Positions 39,800-52,172 of a stretch of 64,000 nt of DNA are shown one piece after another. A program made the position numbers and the translations under genes. Positions within the stretch are counted from its first letter, which is position 1. Each line of letters starts with the position of its first letter. The stretch covers positions 5,146,001-5,210,000 of the forward strand of contig NC_081396.1 in the NCBI RefSeq assembly GCF_030684315.1. Direction: 5' to 3'. Source of the stretch: Stegostoma tigrinum. Lineage: Eukaryota. The notes under the pieces were generated by a model. It saw nothing but the letters and a program-made list of their open reading frames with translations. It made no database searches and was not told the DNA's origin.

Positions 39800-39831
39800 C
39801 TGCAGTAACAAAAGAGACGTTACTCAAACAT

Positions 39832-40879
39832 AAGATAACAAAGTGTGGAGCTGGATGAACACAGCAGGCCAAGCAGCATCTCAGGAGCACAACAGCTGAC
39901 GTTTCGGGCCTAGACCTTTCATCAGAGACGGGGATGGGGAGAGGGAACTGAAATAAATAGGGAGAGAGAGGCGACTGAAGATGGAGAGAAAAGAAGATAG
40001 GTAGAGAGGAGAGTATAGGTGAGGAGGTAGGGAGGGGATAGGTCAGTCCAGGGAAGATGGACAGGTCAAGGAGGCGGGATGAAGTGTTAAGGCGGAAATG
40101 GAGGTGCGGCTTGAGGTGGGCGGAAGGGATGGGCGAGAAGAAGAACAGGTTAGGGCAGCAGACACAGGCTGAGCTGGTTTTGTGATACAGTGGGGGGAGG
40201 GGACGAGCTGGGCTGGTTTTGTGATGCAGTGTGGGGAGGGGACTAACTGGGCTGGTTTTGGGATGCAGTGGGGGAAGGGGAGATTTTGAAGCTTGTGAAG
40301 TCTACATTGATACCATAGGGCTGCAGGGTTCCCAAGCGGAATATGAGTTGCTGTTCTTGCAATCTTCGGGTGGCATCATTGTGGCACTGCAGGAGGCCCA
40401 TGATGAACATGTCATGTGAGGAATGGGAGGGGGAGTTGTAATGGTTTGCGACTGGGAGGTGCAGTTGTTTGTTGTGAACCGAGTGGAGATGTGCTGCAAA
40501 GTGGTCGCCAAGCCACTGCTTGGTTTCCCCAATGTCAAGGAAGCCACATCGGGTACAATGGATACAATATACCACGTTGGCAGATGTGCAGGTGAACATC
40601 TGCTTGATATGGAAGGTCATCTTGGTGCCTGGGATAGGGGTGAGGGAGGGATACAACATATCATCCTCCGACACTTCTGCCACCTACAATCTACAATCCG
40701 ACACCACCACCCAAGCTATTTTTCCATCCCCACCCTTGTCTGCCTTCCAGAGAGACCACTCTCTCCGTGACTCCCTTGTCTGCTCCATACTCCCCTCCAA
40801 CCCCACCACACCCGGCACCTTCCCCTGCAAACGCGGGAAATGCTACACTTGCCCCCACACCTCCTCCCTCACCCCTATC
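39832..40879 (-). mobile_element. Penelope-like retroelement 3' part with GIY-YIG endonuclease; 40651-40879 is inverted
   Basis: FTCTSANVVYCIHCTRCG..IGETKQ.LGDHF..HL on minus; PPLSAFQRDHSLRDSLV..GTFPCKRGKCYTC on plus; hammerhead core ~39896-39924. Confidence 0.9.
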
Positions 40880-41239
40880 TCTATCAGAGTTGCAACTGGG
40901 AGCAGGTCATTGCAGGTCTTCCTTTTCATGACGATGAAGATGGATCGGATGATCAATCAGGATCTGGTTTTCGGACAAGGATTTGCTGTGAAGGCAACAA
41001 CTCTCAATGACTGTGATGCAGTATAACTTTAAATTCTCCCTGGTTGAGAGAAATTGTGTGTGTGTGTGTGTGTAAGAAATTAGGAGGTCAAAAGGCTGTA
41101 TGTGAAATATCTTATGAGAGATGGGATCAGGAAGATAAGATGATGGGATTAGAAGTTACCAAGGTATTTCACAATTATTTGAGAGTAAGAGGAATTCCAG
41201 GAAAATGGAGGTGCTTCTTTCAGAGGCCAGTTGCGAAAA

Positions 41240-42270
41240 CTGTGTGTGGGGCCAGTGGGCATGGGTGAGGACTTAAATGATTGCTTCTCTCCTGTACTTT
41301 CAGAGGAGAAAGATGCTGTCACTGGGGATTTCAGCTGGGGTTGTGTGTTTCTAGAGCGTGTTGAGATTTATAAGGAACAGAAATGAGTTTTTTTTTAAAT
41401 CAGCGAGCAGAAAGGTGTCTTGATTCACAGAGGTTGATCAGATGCTCCCCGAAGTGCTGTGAGAATCTGGCAGGTGTTTCTCTGGCCACACTTAAAGCGC
41501 CACAAAACTGGACAATCGTTAATGTGGTTCCTTTGTTCAAGAAGGAAGCAGGAATAGACAGAAAATTACAGGCTGGTGCATCTGACATCAGTGATCAGTT
41601 GTACGAAAAAAAAAATTCTGAGAGACAGGGTGGTGAAGAAGGCAAACAGTGTGCTTGTCTTCATTAGTTGGGGATAGAATGTAGCAGCAAAGAAGTCTTG
41701 TTACTACTGGGTAAAACATTAGTTAGTCCACAGATGCAATACTGTTTGTCATTCTAGGCCGCAGAATGTGAAGGACTTGATTACACTGGAGAAAATGCAG
41801 ACGAGATTCAACAAAAATAAGCCTGGGATAAAAAGTTTCATTGAACTTTGCTTTCATTTGATCGATGGGACCTTTAGGATGAAGGGAACGGGATCTGACT
41901 TGGGAATACAAAATTATTAGAGGCAGAGACAGATATGCTGGAGAAATTTTTATTTCTCGCAAGGTAGATGTATTTCAGACAAAAAGGCATAATTTTAAGG
42001 TGAGGAATATGTACTTTAGAAGCAATCTGAGACAAAAGAATATCGCTTCTGGAGTGGACCAATTAGGAAAACTGCTGCTGAGATGTTTTGTAAGGGTAAG
42101 TATTCCCGTAACATTACAGAAGCATCTGTATCAACACACAAAATGCCAGGCCATATTTGACAACGGACTAGTTGCCAGCAAATGGGATTGGTGCAAGTTA
42201 GTCTTTCTTAGTCAGCATAGATATGACAGACCAAACTATCTGTTTCTTTGCCGGGCGATTCTGTGACTCT
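41240..42270 (+). mobile_element. Degenerate, internally deleted CR1 LINE
   Basis: NWTIVNVVPLFKK motif and decayed RT C-terminus/3' UTR. Confidence 0.65.
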
Positions 42271-43968
42271 ACTGAGTTCTTGTTAGCGAAAACCTGTGCA
42301 GATTGAATTTGGGGTAGGGTTTCTCTATTCTCTGTTGCTGGGCATTTTCAATAAATGAACAGTGAATTGATGAAAAATAGTGATGGTGCATTCTTCTTCC
42401 CTCTCACTGCAAATCTCGAATCTGAAGGTTATGTTTTATCACATCTTTGCTCACACACAATAAGGAGGGCAGGTCCAAGGAAATAGAACATGAACAACAT
42501 ATGAAACTGAAAACACAGTAATGAACGGAAACATTGCTTTTAGTTGCACAATTAGTGCAGTCTTCATAATTGTTTTCTCAACTAGAGCAGACAGCATCTG
42601 TATGTTATGGTGGACCCACGATAATTCTAATAAAAAAGAGTAACTTCCATTGAATTAATTCAGAGGTCGGATCACGGAAGTCATTACAACTAATCCCCCA
42701 GCGATAAGAATTGCAGAGAAGTTTGGCTCCCAAATAAAGCTAGTCCATTATAAAACTCCAGGCTTCAAGCTAACAGCATCAGCTGCAATTTCAACTCCCA
42801 TTACACACTATCCTACTTGGAACGATGCGACCATGCATCAGTTTCGCTGGAAAGCCAGAATTCTCCAATCTTCCACTGTTCCTGCTAACTGCACTCTGAG
42901 TTTCCCCACACCACATAGAATGCAGGGGTCCAGAATGGCAGATCAGCAGCACCTCCTTTGGGAAATTCGGAATCAACAAAAATTTTGACTAAACCAACCA
43001 CACTCACGTCCTGTAAAATCATAAATTAAAACAGCAGATGTGAGTTTCAACACAACCTACATCTATAAATTAGGAAACTCCTTCCTTTGTGACTGCAGCT
43101 GTCAGTCCATTTTCAAATGTTGCCATTGAATCCGAGCTAACATTGTACTCTGCCGGCATAAGACAATTGCAGTCAGACAAGATGGAAGATTTTTGAGGGC
43201 ACAGGTGAGAACAGGGATCTTCCAATATCGAACTCTCCTGATATAAAGCGGACACATAGTACTGATACTCAGAATCTTTGTTGTATGGGAGACATACCTG
43301 AGAGATAATTGTGACGAAGTACATTGTAGCGTTTCTTTTATATACCAACCTAATTTGAATCTGAATTTGAAATATCCATAAAACTGAACTTTTTCTTCTT
43401 GAATTCTTTTCTTTTTTCGCATCTGTGTCATGGAGATTCTGCCACACAGCTGCTGTCCTCAGATGATCAGGCAGAAGTAGATTCGATGCCTTAATATGCT
43501 CCTGAGACTTCATCTGGAGTGATTATTATTCGTTATGGTGTCACCAAAATCCAGACTTACAGCTTCTATTGTTTCTGTAGAACACTTGACAGTTAATGAA
43601 TACAAAGCAGATTTTGCAAACCACAATCTCTGTCAAGTTCCACGCAATAAACACATTCACAAATTCAACTATACCTCGGTGGAAGCTGACTGACTCTCCA
43701 ATGATTCACTGAGGTTTAGGAGACTGGAACAGACAGTTGTTTGTACTCAAGTTCTACTGTGCTAATATGTTTTAATTGAGATAGCAGGTGACGATTTATG
43801 TTTACCTTACATTGGATCCTGTCTGAAGTCTTACCACACTCGCTCGTATTTCTGTTCATAATACATTACCCTTAGTCTCTTGCAATTCGGACAAGAAATG
43901 GCGGTTTTGGTGGCAAGATGAAAAATCCTCACAGTTGACATAGAACAGTCCAATTTTCAAACTTCAAA

Positions 43969-46900
43969 TTATTTCAGAAATCGACGCAATGGATATTTCA
44001 GCCCATTCTTTAACTCGACTCTGAATTTGTTCTGGGTTCCAGCATAAATAAATGGGTTGATGCAGGAACACAAAAATAGAAACATAAATCCATTTTCCTC
44101 GAGGATAAAAGTCGATTCACTGAAGTCTGAACGAGAGAAGTAGGAAACGTTTGCAATTCGTACATAGAGAATCGTTATAAAAAATAAGAAATACAACAAG
44201 AGGAAACTGCCTGATATGGCAAAGAGTAAAACAATAGACTTCCTCCGCTTCTCGATCTCTGGGTCGTTCTGATTCTCTCCGTGGCTCTGGGCCCTGAGCC
44301 TCCTCCTGGCTCTATTGGACACAAGAATATATCGAACAGTCAAAGCATTTAACAGTAAAATCAGAATGAATGGGAGAAGAGGGTTGAAAATGCAACGAAT
44401 CAAGTCATATGCGATCCATGCAGGTGATGTATAAAATATTAACTTTGGTTTGCAGAACCAGGGTACATTGTTAAATGTGTACAGAGGTTCATATATAAAA
44501 TACAAAAATGCACTTTTTATAGTGCACAAAGCAGATACGATTCCTATGACGCATGTTGCTGTCTTCTTGGTGCAGTATTTTATCTTCAGTTTCTGACATG
44601 AAATCATGACAAATCGATCAAAGGTGAAAGTGACAGTTAAACAAGTAGAGCTGTCTACGGCAGTGGAAGTTAAGACAGTACGGAGACTGCACACCGGAGT
44701 GATGGACAGGAAACTGTATGGGAAATAAATCCCAGCAATCCGGTTTAGTATTACAGAGGTGACCAGGATCAAGAGATCTGACGCAGCCATAGACACCAAG
44801 TAATAAATCATACAGCTCGCGAGACCGCATCGTTTTTGAGACAGGATCGCAATCACAGTCAAATTAGCTGTAAAAGAAAGATGGAGGCAGAGACAAAACC
44901 AGGCAAATTACTTTGTCAACTTCCATCAAATTGTCCGTTTTACTAGATTCTCTTTGAAGCACAAAAGTTTGTAATATGTATACATTGCACGAGATGTAAT
45001 AGTAAATGCATTTCAAAGAGATATCCAGATTAAAAGCATATGTATTTATCACATAAGGTATGAAGTATTTTGTTGGGTTTTTTAGCAGACAACAAGAATA
45101 ATTCTAAGTTGCATCTAGTGTATAGAGTACAGAGTAAGGGAACCAGAAAAAAAACACAGCCGCAAAACATCACAGAAAATTTTGGAGTAGTTAAATATTA
45201 AAACGATGATCAACGAGCGAGGACGCTTTCAGAAACACGATTAACAGCTCATTGAGGATTAAATCTGGCTTCTTCTAATGAAATATGGTGCCATTATTCA
45301 CTGTTATGAATGTCAGCAATATATTTGCAAAGATGTGTCCTGAAACATAAGGAGGTGTGTGACCAATATACATTTCTGTCAGTTCTGGAAAGAAACGTGG
45401 GCAGGTGTGGAACGATAGCAACATGCTCTTCAGCTTACAGGAAGGATGTTATTAAAATGGACAGGGTTCAGAAGAGATTTATCAAGATGTCCCTGGAAAT
45501 TGGTGGTCTTAATTACAAGGAGAGGCTGCATAGGCAACGACCATTTTTAATGAATTGACTGATGTTGAGGCATGACCTCAGAGAGATTTAGAAAATAATG
45601 AGGGTTATTAATAAGGTGAATGGCAAATGTCTTTTCATTAGGATGGTCAATTTCAAAACCAGAGGAATGTTTTTTTTTAAAGTGAAAGGAGAAGGATGTA
45701 CAAAAGGATATGATGGACATTTCTTTTACACAATGATTGATTCTTGTGTGGAAAGAACTTCCAGCGGAAGTGGTAGTCATAGATAAAGTTACAACGTTTT
45801 AAAGACGTTTAGACAAGTATATGAATAAAAAGTGATTGTACGGATTTGGGCCAAACGCAGACAGATGGAACTACTTTCGTTTGGGATGATGGTGGGCATG
45901 GACTGGTTGGGCCAAAGAATCTGTTTCTGCATTGTAAGATTCTATGACTCCATTATGATAGTGAAGGCTTTTGATATTCAGTTCAGACGTGCTGGGAATC
46001 AGTGCAGTCAATTGTATCTTCACTGAATTGTTTCCAAATTACATATAACATTCCTTAAAAAAGGAAACCATTGCTAAGGGCAGTCATTCATATGTGGTCT
46101 CACAATGTCCTTCATAAATGTAGCATAACCACCCTGCATTCGAATTCAATTTTTCTCATAAGAAACAATTACTTTCATCCCACTTTACAATTTCCTGAGT
46201 GCATCTGCACGCTAACCAGCTTTTGCACAGTTTTAAGATATTACTTTAAGTCTGTTAATATTTTTGACCTCTTCAGCACACTGTAGAGTGTAGTTCCTCT
46301 TCTTGGAATTTTAATTTCTGCTTAGGATGTATCTGCCCTCCTCTTTCTGATCTCTAACATTCCTTTGAAGGCCTACTGTTACATCGTCATTCAGATATCC
46401 ATTATTACAATTTGCCAGTTCACTGACGAGAAGGACGTTCATGTCCTGATTTTATTTATTTCAGTTTGAAAGTATAGACTTAGGCCTGCTCTTCTCTGCC
46501 TTAAACTGAAGGTAAAATACAATCACATTATGATCCCTATGAAGCCTACATTATGGTGTCAATTATTTAGCCAATCTTGCTGAAAAATACACCTTTGGAG
46601 CCAGCTCCATGACTGAATCTAGAGAGAGCTCAGAATCTGTCCAGAAAGCATTCGATGAACTCCTAATCCAAGCCTTTTTTTCTAGTTTGATTTTTTGAGT
46701 CTCTTCAAGATGTGCCCAAAGTTCTCACCAATGTGTAGACCCTGATGTGGATGGGGACAATGTAAGACATTAGTAGCTCCTTGCAGTAGAAGGAAATTCC
46801 GTCTCAGCGAACATAAAATGAGAAGCATCAACAACATTGAATGTGTAAGGGCAGAGTTGAGCTGAAACACTTGAGACTGAAAATAGAAAACAAAACTGCT

Positions 46901-48403
46901 CTGTGTTTCTGGGCCAAGTGGCAAATAACCATCCTGGAGAACAAGAAATACATTTATTTTGTATCAGCCAACAACTTCTCGACTAATAATGACCTTTCAA
47001 TAAATTCAATGGCTTTTTCAATGATCCCAGACTCTCAAATCTGGGAATTACTCTGGCACTATTTGTTTGACATTATGGCGACAAGGCAATGATTCACCCA
47101 CAGTGACAGTTGTCACAAGACAATACATAATAACGCTTCATTGATTGAAGCATTTTTTCTTAATCATCTATCCTTAACTGTTCTTCAGAAGACAGTGGAC
47201 TGCATTTTTGTATCACGCACAACATTTTATTTAGGTTGAATGACAATGCCGCTAGTACGGGGATCAAAATCTTGAAACGTCACGTAAAGATTTCCTGTGT
47301 TGAACTAAACCTCACGTTTACAAAATGTCAAAAAGGCAGCACAGCACCACTTTTCTAAGGGCAACTAGGAAATAACAATAACTGATGTTCCAGCTATTGG
47401 CGTTCACATTCTTCGAATGAATGATTTAAATGCCTTCTCTTTCATTCAACGAACTAGTTCAAAAATAACTTTGTCACTGTTATCACGCCAGTAGCACCAT
47501 TAGTGCCTGTTTGCACCTTAACAAGAAGGCATTAACAGACCATTAGTAATTATAGGAATAACACACGAAATCTGGAATTTCATGCTACTAACAGTGTGAT
47601 AATTCAGTATGAGAGCCAATAGCACGTTAAGTGTCCAATTGCACTGTGATTCTAATACTTTATGTGCCATAAAAGCGGCAATAACAATAAATGTGCATAC
47701 ACCATAATAATTTCGCACCAATTGACCCTCAAAAGCATTGCTAATAATTACAGGATAACAGCATTCAATCGATGGAAAAAAAAACATTCATCACCCGCAA
47801 TGCAGGTGAATAAAGCAATATAACGATGTTTCTACAGTGAGGTGGTCGGATAAACTGGAAGAAAATTATTAAGATAGTGTAATGGCATCTGTCTCACTGA
47901 GGCACACAAGTCTTAAAGAGTAAATTAGGCATCTTGCAAGCAGAAACTGTGCAGATTAACTGTTATACTGACATTTAAATGAGAGAAATTATAGTATGTA
48001 TTTAGTAAAAAAAAATCTCAGTCAATGACATAACCAGCGAGGTGAAGTGATATTTGACGACTGAAACGTCAGCTTTGGTGCTCCCGAGATGCTGCTGGAC
48101 CTGCTGTGTTCATCCAGCTTCACACTTGGTTATCTTAGAAGAAGTATGATGGTGTGAAATAAATACACAACGTGTGTCAGATAAGGGAAAATATATTGAC
48201 TGATAGCGTGAAACATGTAGCTAGTTAAAGCAGAGAAAGTATATATATTTGGGAGTCGTGTTTCTCGCAAAATGAAGAATTGATGCAGTACACCTATGAA
48301 CCACTCAACTATGACAGAAGGCTTATACTTCACCTGGTACTCCGATTGCTGCAACAACTGGATAGTAAATGGCAAACACCAGACCTCTGGGTATTCCGTG
48401 CAT
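43969..48403 (-). CDS. GPR139/142-like class A GPCR, 322 aa; exon 1 48334-48403, exon 2 43969-44867
   Basis: Exon 1 MHGIPRGLVFAIYYPVVAAIGVP + GT, phase-1 join to ANLTVIAIL; 7TM pattern with SMAASDL, FTFDRF, PFILILLLN, NPFIY. Confidence 0.88.
45430..45950 (+). mobile_element. Degenerate CR1 3' end in the GPCR intron
   Basis: YRKDVIKMDRVQKRFIKM..LNYKERL and CR1-type 3' UTR. Confidence 0.75.
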
Positions 48404-49427
48404 TTCTATCACAGGGTCCGGGTGCATTCTGCACTTCACTGTAAAATGATCACATTTGTAGCTGGGGAGTCTACAGGGAGACAATTAGGCATTTGATCTT
48501 TTCCATAGATAACATAAGGTGAAACAAAACAGATCAGTGCAGTTGCTGCTCGAATGATTTTGCTGATAAAGTAGAATGAATTACATGACATGGGCTAAAA
48601 CTGAGTTCAAACATGAAATAGCCAGAGATTGAAACTGGCCCAGTTGTATTTCTCCAGAGAAACGAAAGACCGTCGCCTAGATTATGAGCCAAAAAGACTC
48701 TTGACCAGTCTGTGAAATATAAAAGTCTTGGAATAAATAATCATCTGCTCCCTCCTCAAAACTGTTTTGTCTGCTTGATCATCAGCTAAGGGCAATGTGA
48801 TTTTGAGACCATGTAACTTGTAACTTAATTGATTTCGCAAAAATTGTCTCCTGGTCCCTCAAAGTAGTTACATTCGGGATGCATGAGTTCATTCTTCATT
48901 TCTACATAACGACATCTTCCCAGGTCACTGCTGCTATCTCCAAAGCAGCAGCCCAATTCTGTTATTGAAAATCTGAAGAAAAATCAGAAAATGCCAAAAC
49001 CAGGAGAAAGCTATTGAACATTCGTTCTGGGTCAAAGTTATGCATTGCTGATTGATCATTCTGGGATTCAGAACCCAGTCTATCATACAAAGCAGCAACA
49101 TGCAAAACAGTTTTCTACCATGAATCATCACACAGAAAAAAAAAATCGACACATAATTGACTGGAAAACCGCAGGTCATAACAAGAGCTCTCCATATGAT
49201 ATATCTTCCCACGGCTCCTCTTTTTTCAAACAATTGTCAATAGATGAAAACCCATAACCTGGTTGACACTACCTATGCCATATGTTGCTTACCCTCCCAT
49301 TCTCAATCTACTTACAGTATACCATTTATCTTGGCGCCCTTTGTGCAGCAAGTTAACTGAGCAAACTCAACCAGCAGTCTCCTTCGGTTCAAGAAATGAG
49401 AAAAAAAATCAAGGTTGTCAATAATAG

Positions 49428-49666
49428 TATTTTTTGTGACACACTCCATCTGGGAGAAGGCAGTCATTGTTCTTTCATGGCGAGAGTGGTTCTTGCTAAA
49501 TTGGAATATCGTGGTACACATGCAGAGAGGCACCAACAATGTTGCTCAAAACTGACGGGGGGGGTGTCTCTAAAGTTCAAGTGGTGGAATTGTCATCTTA
49601 AGCTCAGAGAACAAGTTTGTCACTTGACTCTGGGGCGTTTTATTTGTTGAATAAATAAGCACATGA
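49428..49666 (+). pseudogene. Highly decayed Ig-superfamily V relic with short, VNAR-like Trp-to-Cys spacing
   Basis: In one frame GSC*IGISWY..APTMLL..SS*.....DSGAFY; VT(Q)TPS-like start after AG; CACATGA heptamer-like at 49660. Confidence 0.45.
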
Positions 49667-49777
49667 ATACAAATGATAGAAATCTGATTGACAGATTAGC
49701 CAACAGTGCTAGTATTTAATAATCGCTCTCTTATTTATCATTCATTGACATTCTCAACAGTATACCCTGCAGTAGAG

Positions 49778-49778
49778 C

Positions 49779-49853
<75 letters not shown>
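49778..49853. repeat. Compound (CT)n(CA)n microsatellite
   Basis: Directly visible. Confidence 0.95.
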
Positions 49854-49856
<3 letters not shown>

Positions 49857-50239
49857 CTCTCATTCTCATCTGTGGAATGAACAATCAGGGGTCAATTGCC
49901 ACTTTCCTCGAAGCCTCGAATTTAGGCTTGAGCATTTCTGCAGAACGTCTGCATATTTTGTCACACACTCCTTTCGTACAATTCCCAGAATTCTGTCAGG
50001 ACCCAAAACTCTTGTGGCGTCTATTGCCTTCATCCATTACTTACTTTGATGAGGAGTAAATCAAATCAGTTGAGGACACGTATTTGTGATTATAAGTTCG
50101 TTCCAATAAAGAGCATCGATCAGCTGAACTGTACACGTAGATATATGGAATGTCCCAAACAAATACCTTGTGTTCATATTCACCAAAGAAAAGGTATCCA
50201 GTGCAGGATGATCTCACGAAAGGCAATGCCGAATTTCTA

Positions 50240-51063
50240 AGTCCAGTTGCTGTTAAAAAGGAAGAGACGTTGTGCGACTTAAAAAAGTTTTAGTGTAGAA
50301 AAGTCGCCAGATCCTGATGAAATCTATATCAGAATATTGAGAGATGGAAGAGAACAAATTGTTGGAGTACTGAAAATATCATTGTATACTATTTGGCCAC
50401 AGCTGAGGTTCTAGAGGACCAGAGAATAGCCAATATTGTCCCATTTTTAAAGAAGGGGTAATAGAGATAATCCGAGAAATTATAGACCTGTGAGACTCAA
50501 GGTCATTGTAGGGAAATTATTGGAAAAGATTGTCAGGAACACGATCCACGCGCATTTCTAAGCAAATGGACTTACCAGCAATAGACAGATGGATTTTGTC
50601 TGGGGGAGTTCATGCTTTACAAACTTCCTTAAGATTCTGTGAAGTGATGAAAATGATTGATGAAGGTAAAAAGCAGTTGAATTCGTCTACATGGACTTTC
50701 GTAAAGCCTTTGACAAGGTGATTCATGATAGACTGTTACTAAAGTCGAAATGACATAATATCGGGGTGTGTTGGCAAGATGGGATGCAGAACTGGCTCAC
50801 TCAGAGGAGACAGACTGTATTGATGGAAGCATATTTGTTAGAACAAAGACTGCGACTACTGGTGTTTCACGGGGATTAGTGCTGGAACGTTTGTTGTTCG
50901 TGGTCTGCGTAAATGATTTGGAGTAAAATGTAGCTGATGTAATTAGGATTGGTTGACTTGTTGATAGTGAGAAGGATTGTCAGATGTACAGTAGGATGTA
51001 GATCAGTTGGAGGCATGGGCTGAAAAATTTCAGATGATGTTTAATCAGGGCACATATGAGGTG
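50240..51063 (+). mobile_element. Degenerate CR1 RT fragment
   Basis: KSPDPDEIY..RIANIVP..RDNPRNYRPV..YMDFRKAFDKV. Confidence 0.8.
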
Positions 51064-51385
51064 ATAATAAAGTGTGAAGGCGGATGAACACAGCAGGCCA
51101 AGCAGCATCTCAGGAGCACAAAAGCTGACGTTTCGGGCCTAGACCCTTCATCAGAGAGGGGGATGGGCAGAGGGTTCTGGAATAAATAGGGAGAGAGGGG
51201 GATGCAGGCCGAAGATGGATAGAAAAGAAGATAGGTGGAGAGGAGAGTATAGGTTGGGAGGTAGGGATGGGATAGGTCAGTCCAGGAGGTGGGATGAGGT
51301 TAGTAGGTCAGAAATGGAGGTGCGGCTTGAGGTGGGAGGAAGGGATGGGTGGGAGGAAGAACAGGTTAGGTAGGCAGAGACAGGG
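51064..51385 (-). mobile_element. Penelope-like 3' terminal fragment with hammerhead core
   Basis: Close to 39832-40170; revcomp CTGATGAAGGGTCTAGGCCCGAAACGTC. Confidence 0.8.
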
Positions 51386-51817
51386 GTGTAGGGTTGTGTG
51401 ATTGAGGGACTGTTCTGTTTGTTTTCTCCGCCATTCACTAGGTTCATGACTGATCTGAAGGTACATCAAATCTGCATCAAGTGTGATCTACAAACCATTT
51501 CGTACGTCTTGCTAAATTGTGCACACAACTATTATGCTGAAATGCTCGAGAATGAGCTCCAGGTTTCCAGCAAAGGAACAGGCGATGCATGCCCTCGTGT
51601 GACCAAAATAGGTATAGAGGCATGAAGAGAAATTATGACATCATCAGTCAAAAATAATTGCACCAAATACAGAGGCAACGGAGGTACAGTCAATGGAATG
51701 AAACGTGTTAGGAGATCTACATGTAATAATGAGCCAGCCCCAGTGCCACAAAAGCGGAGGCAAAGCTTTGTTGAACAGATTTCTTCTTTTAAATGCTGCC
51801 CAAACATCCCAAAATAG

Positions 51818-52172
51818 GGGCGTCAATGTAGCTCAGTTGTTAGGATTGCGACTTCTCATGTTCAGGGACCCAGTTTTAATTCCATCCTTGGGAGGCAGCC
51901 TCTGTGGAGTTTGCATATTCTCCCCATACCTGCGATGCTTTCTGCCAGATGTTTCAGATTCGTCCCACAGTACAAAGATGTGCAAGTTGGATGGATCGGC
52001 CATGCTAAATTAAGCATGTTTTGGGGATGGGTAGGTTAGCTGCATTAGCTGTATGAAATGCAGGGCTACAGGCATTGGTTAGGATTTTAGGTTTGGGTGG
52101 GATGATCTTCAGACTGCTTACATGGATCATTTGGCCAAATCGCCTATTTCCACACTGTACGAATTCTACGGA
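51818..52172 (+). mobile_element. HE1/V-SINE-like SINE, near full length
   Basis: tRNA-like head GTAGCTCAGT..GGGACCCAG, core GTGGAGTTTGCATATTCTCCCC..GGCCATGCTAAATT, CR1-like tail. Confidence 0.75.

Noticed and set aside
49305-49400. Minus-strand J-like stretch AQLTCCTKGAKINGI followed by GTAAGT
   Set aside because: Lacks FGxG and a properly spaced 12-RSS; compatible with chance
51398-51625. ORF with ITIM-like ISYVLL bounded by AG/GT
   Set aside because: Short motif, no transmembrane exon found and no supporting homology
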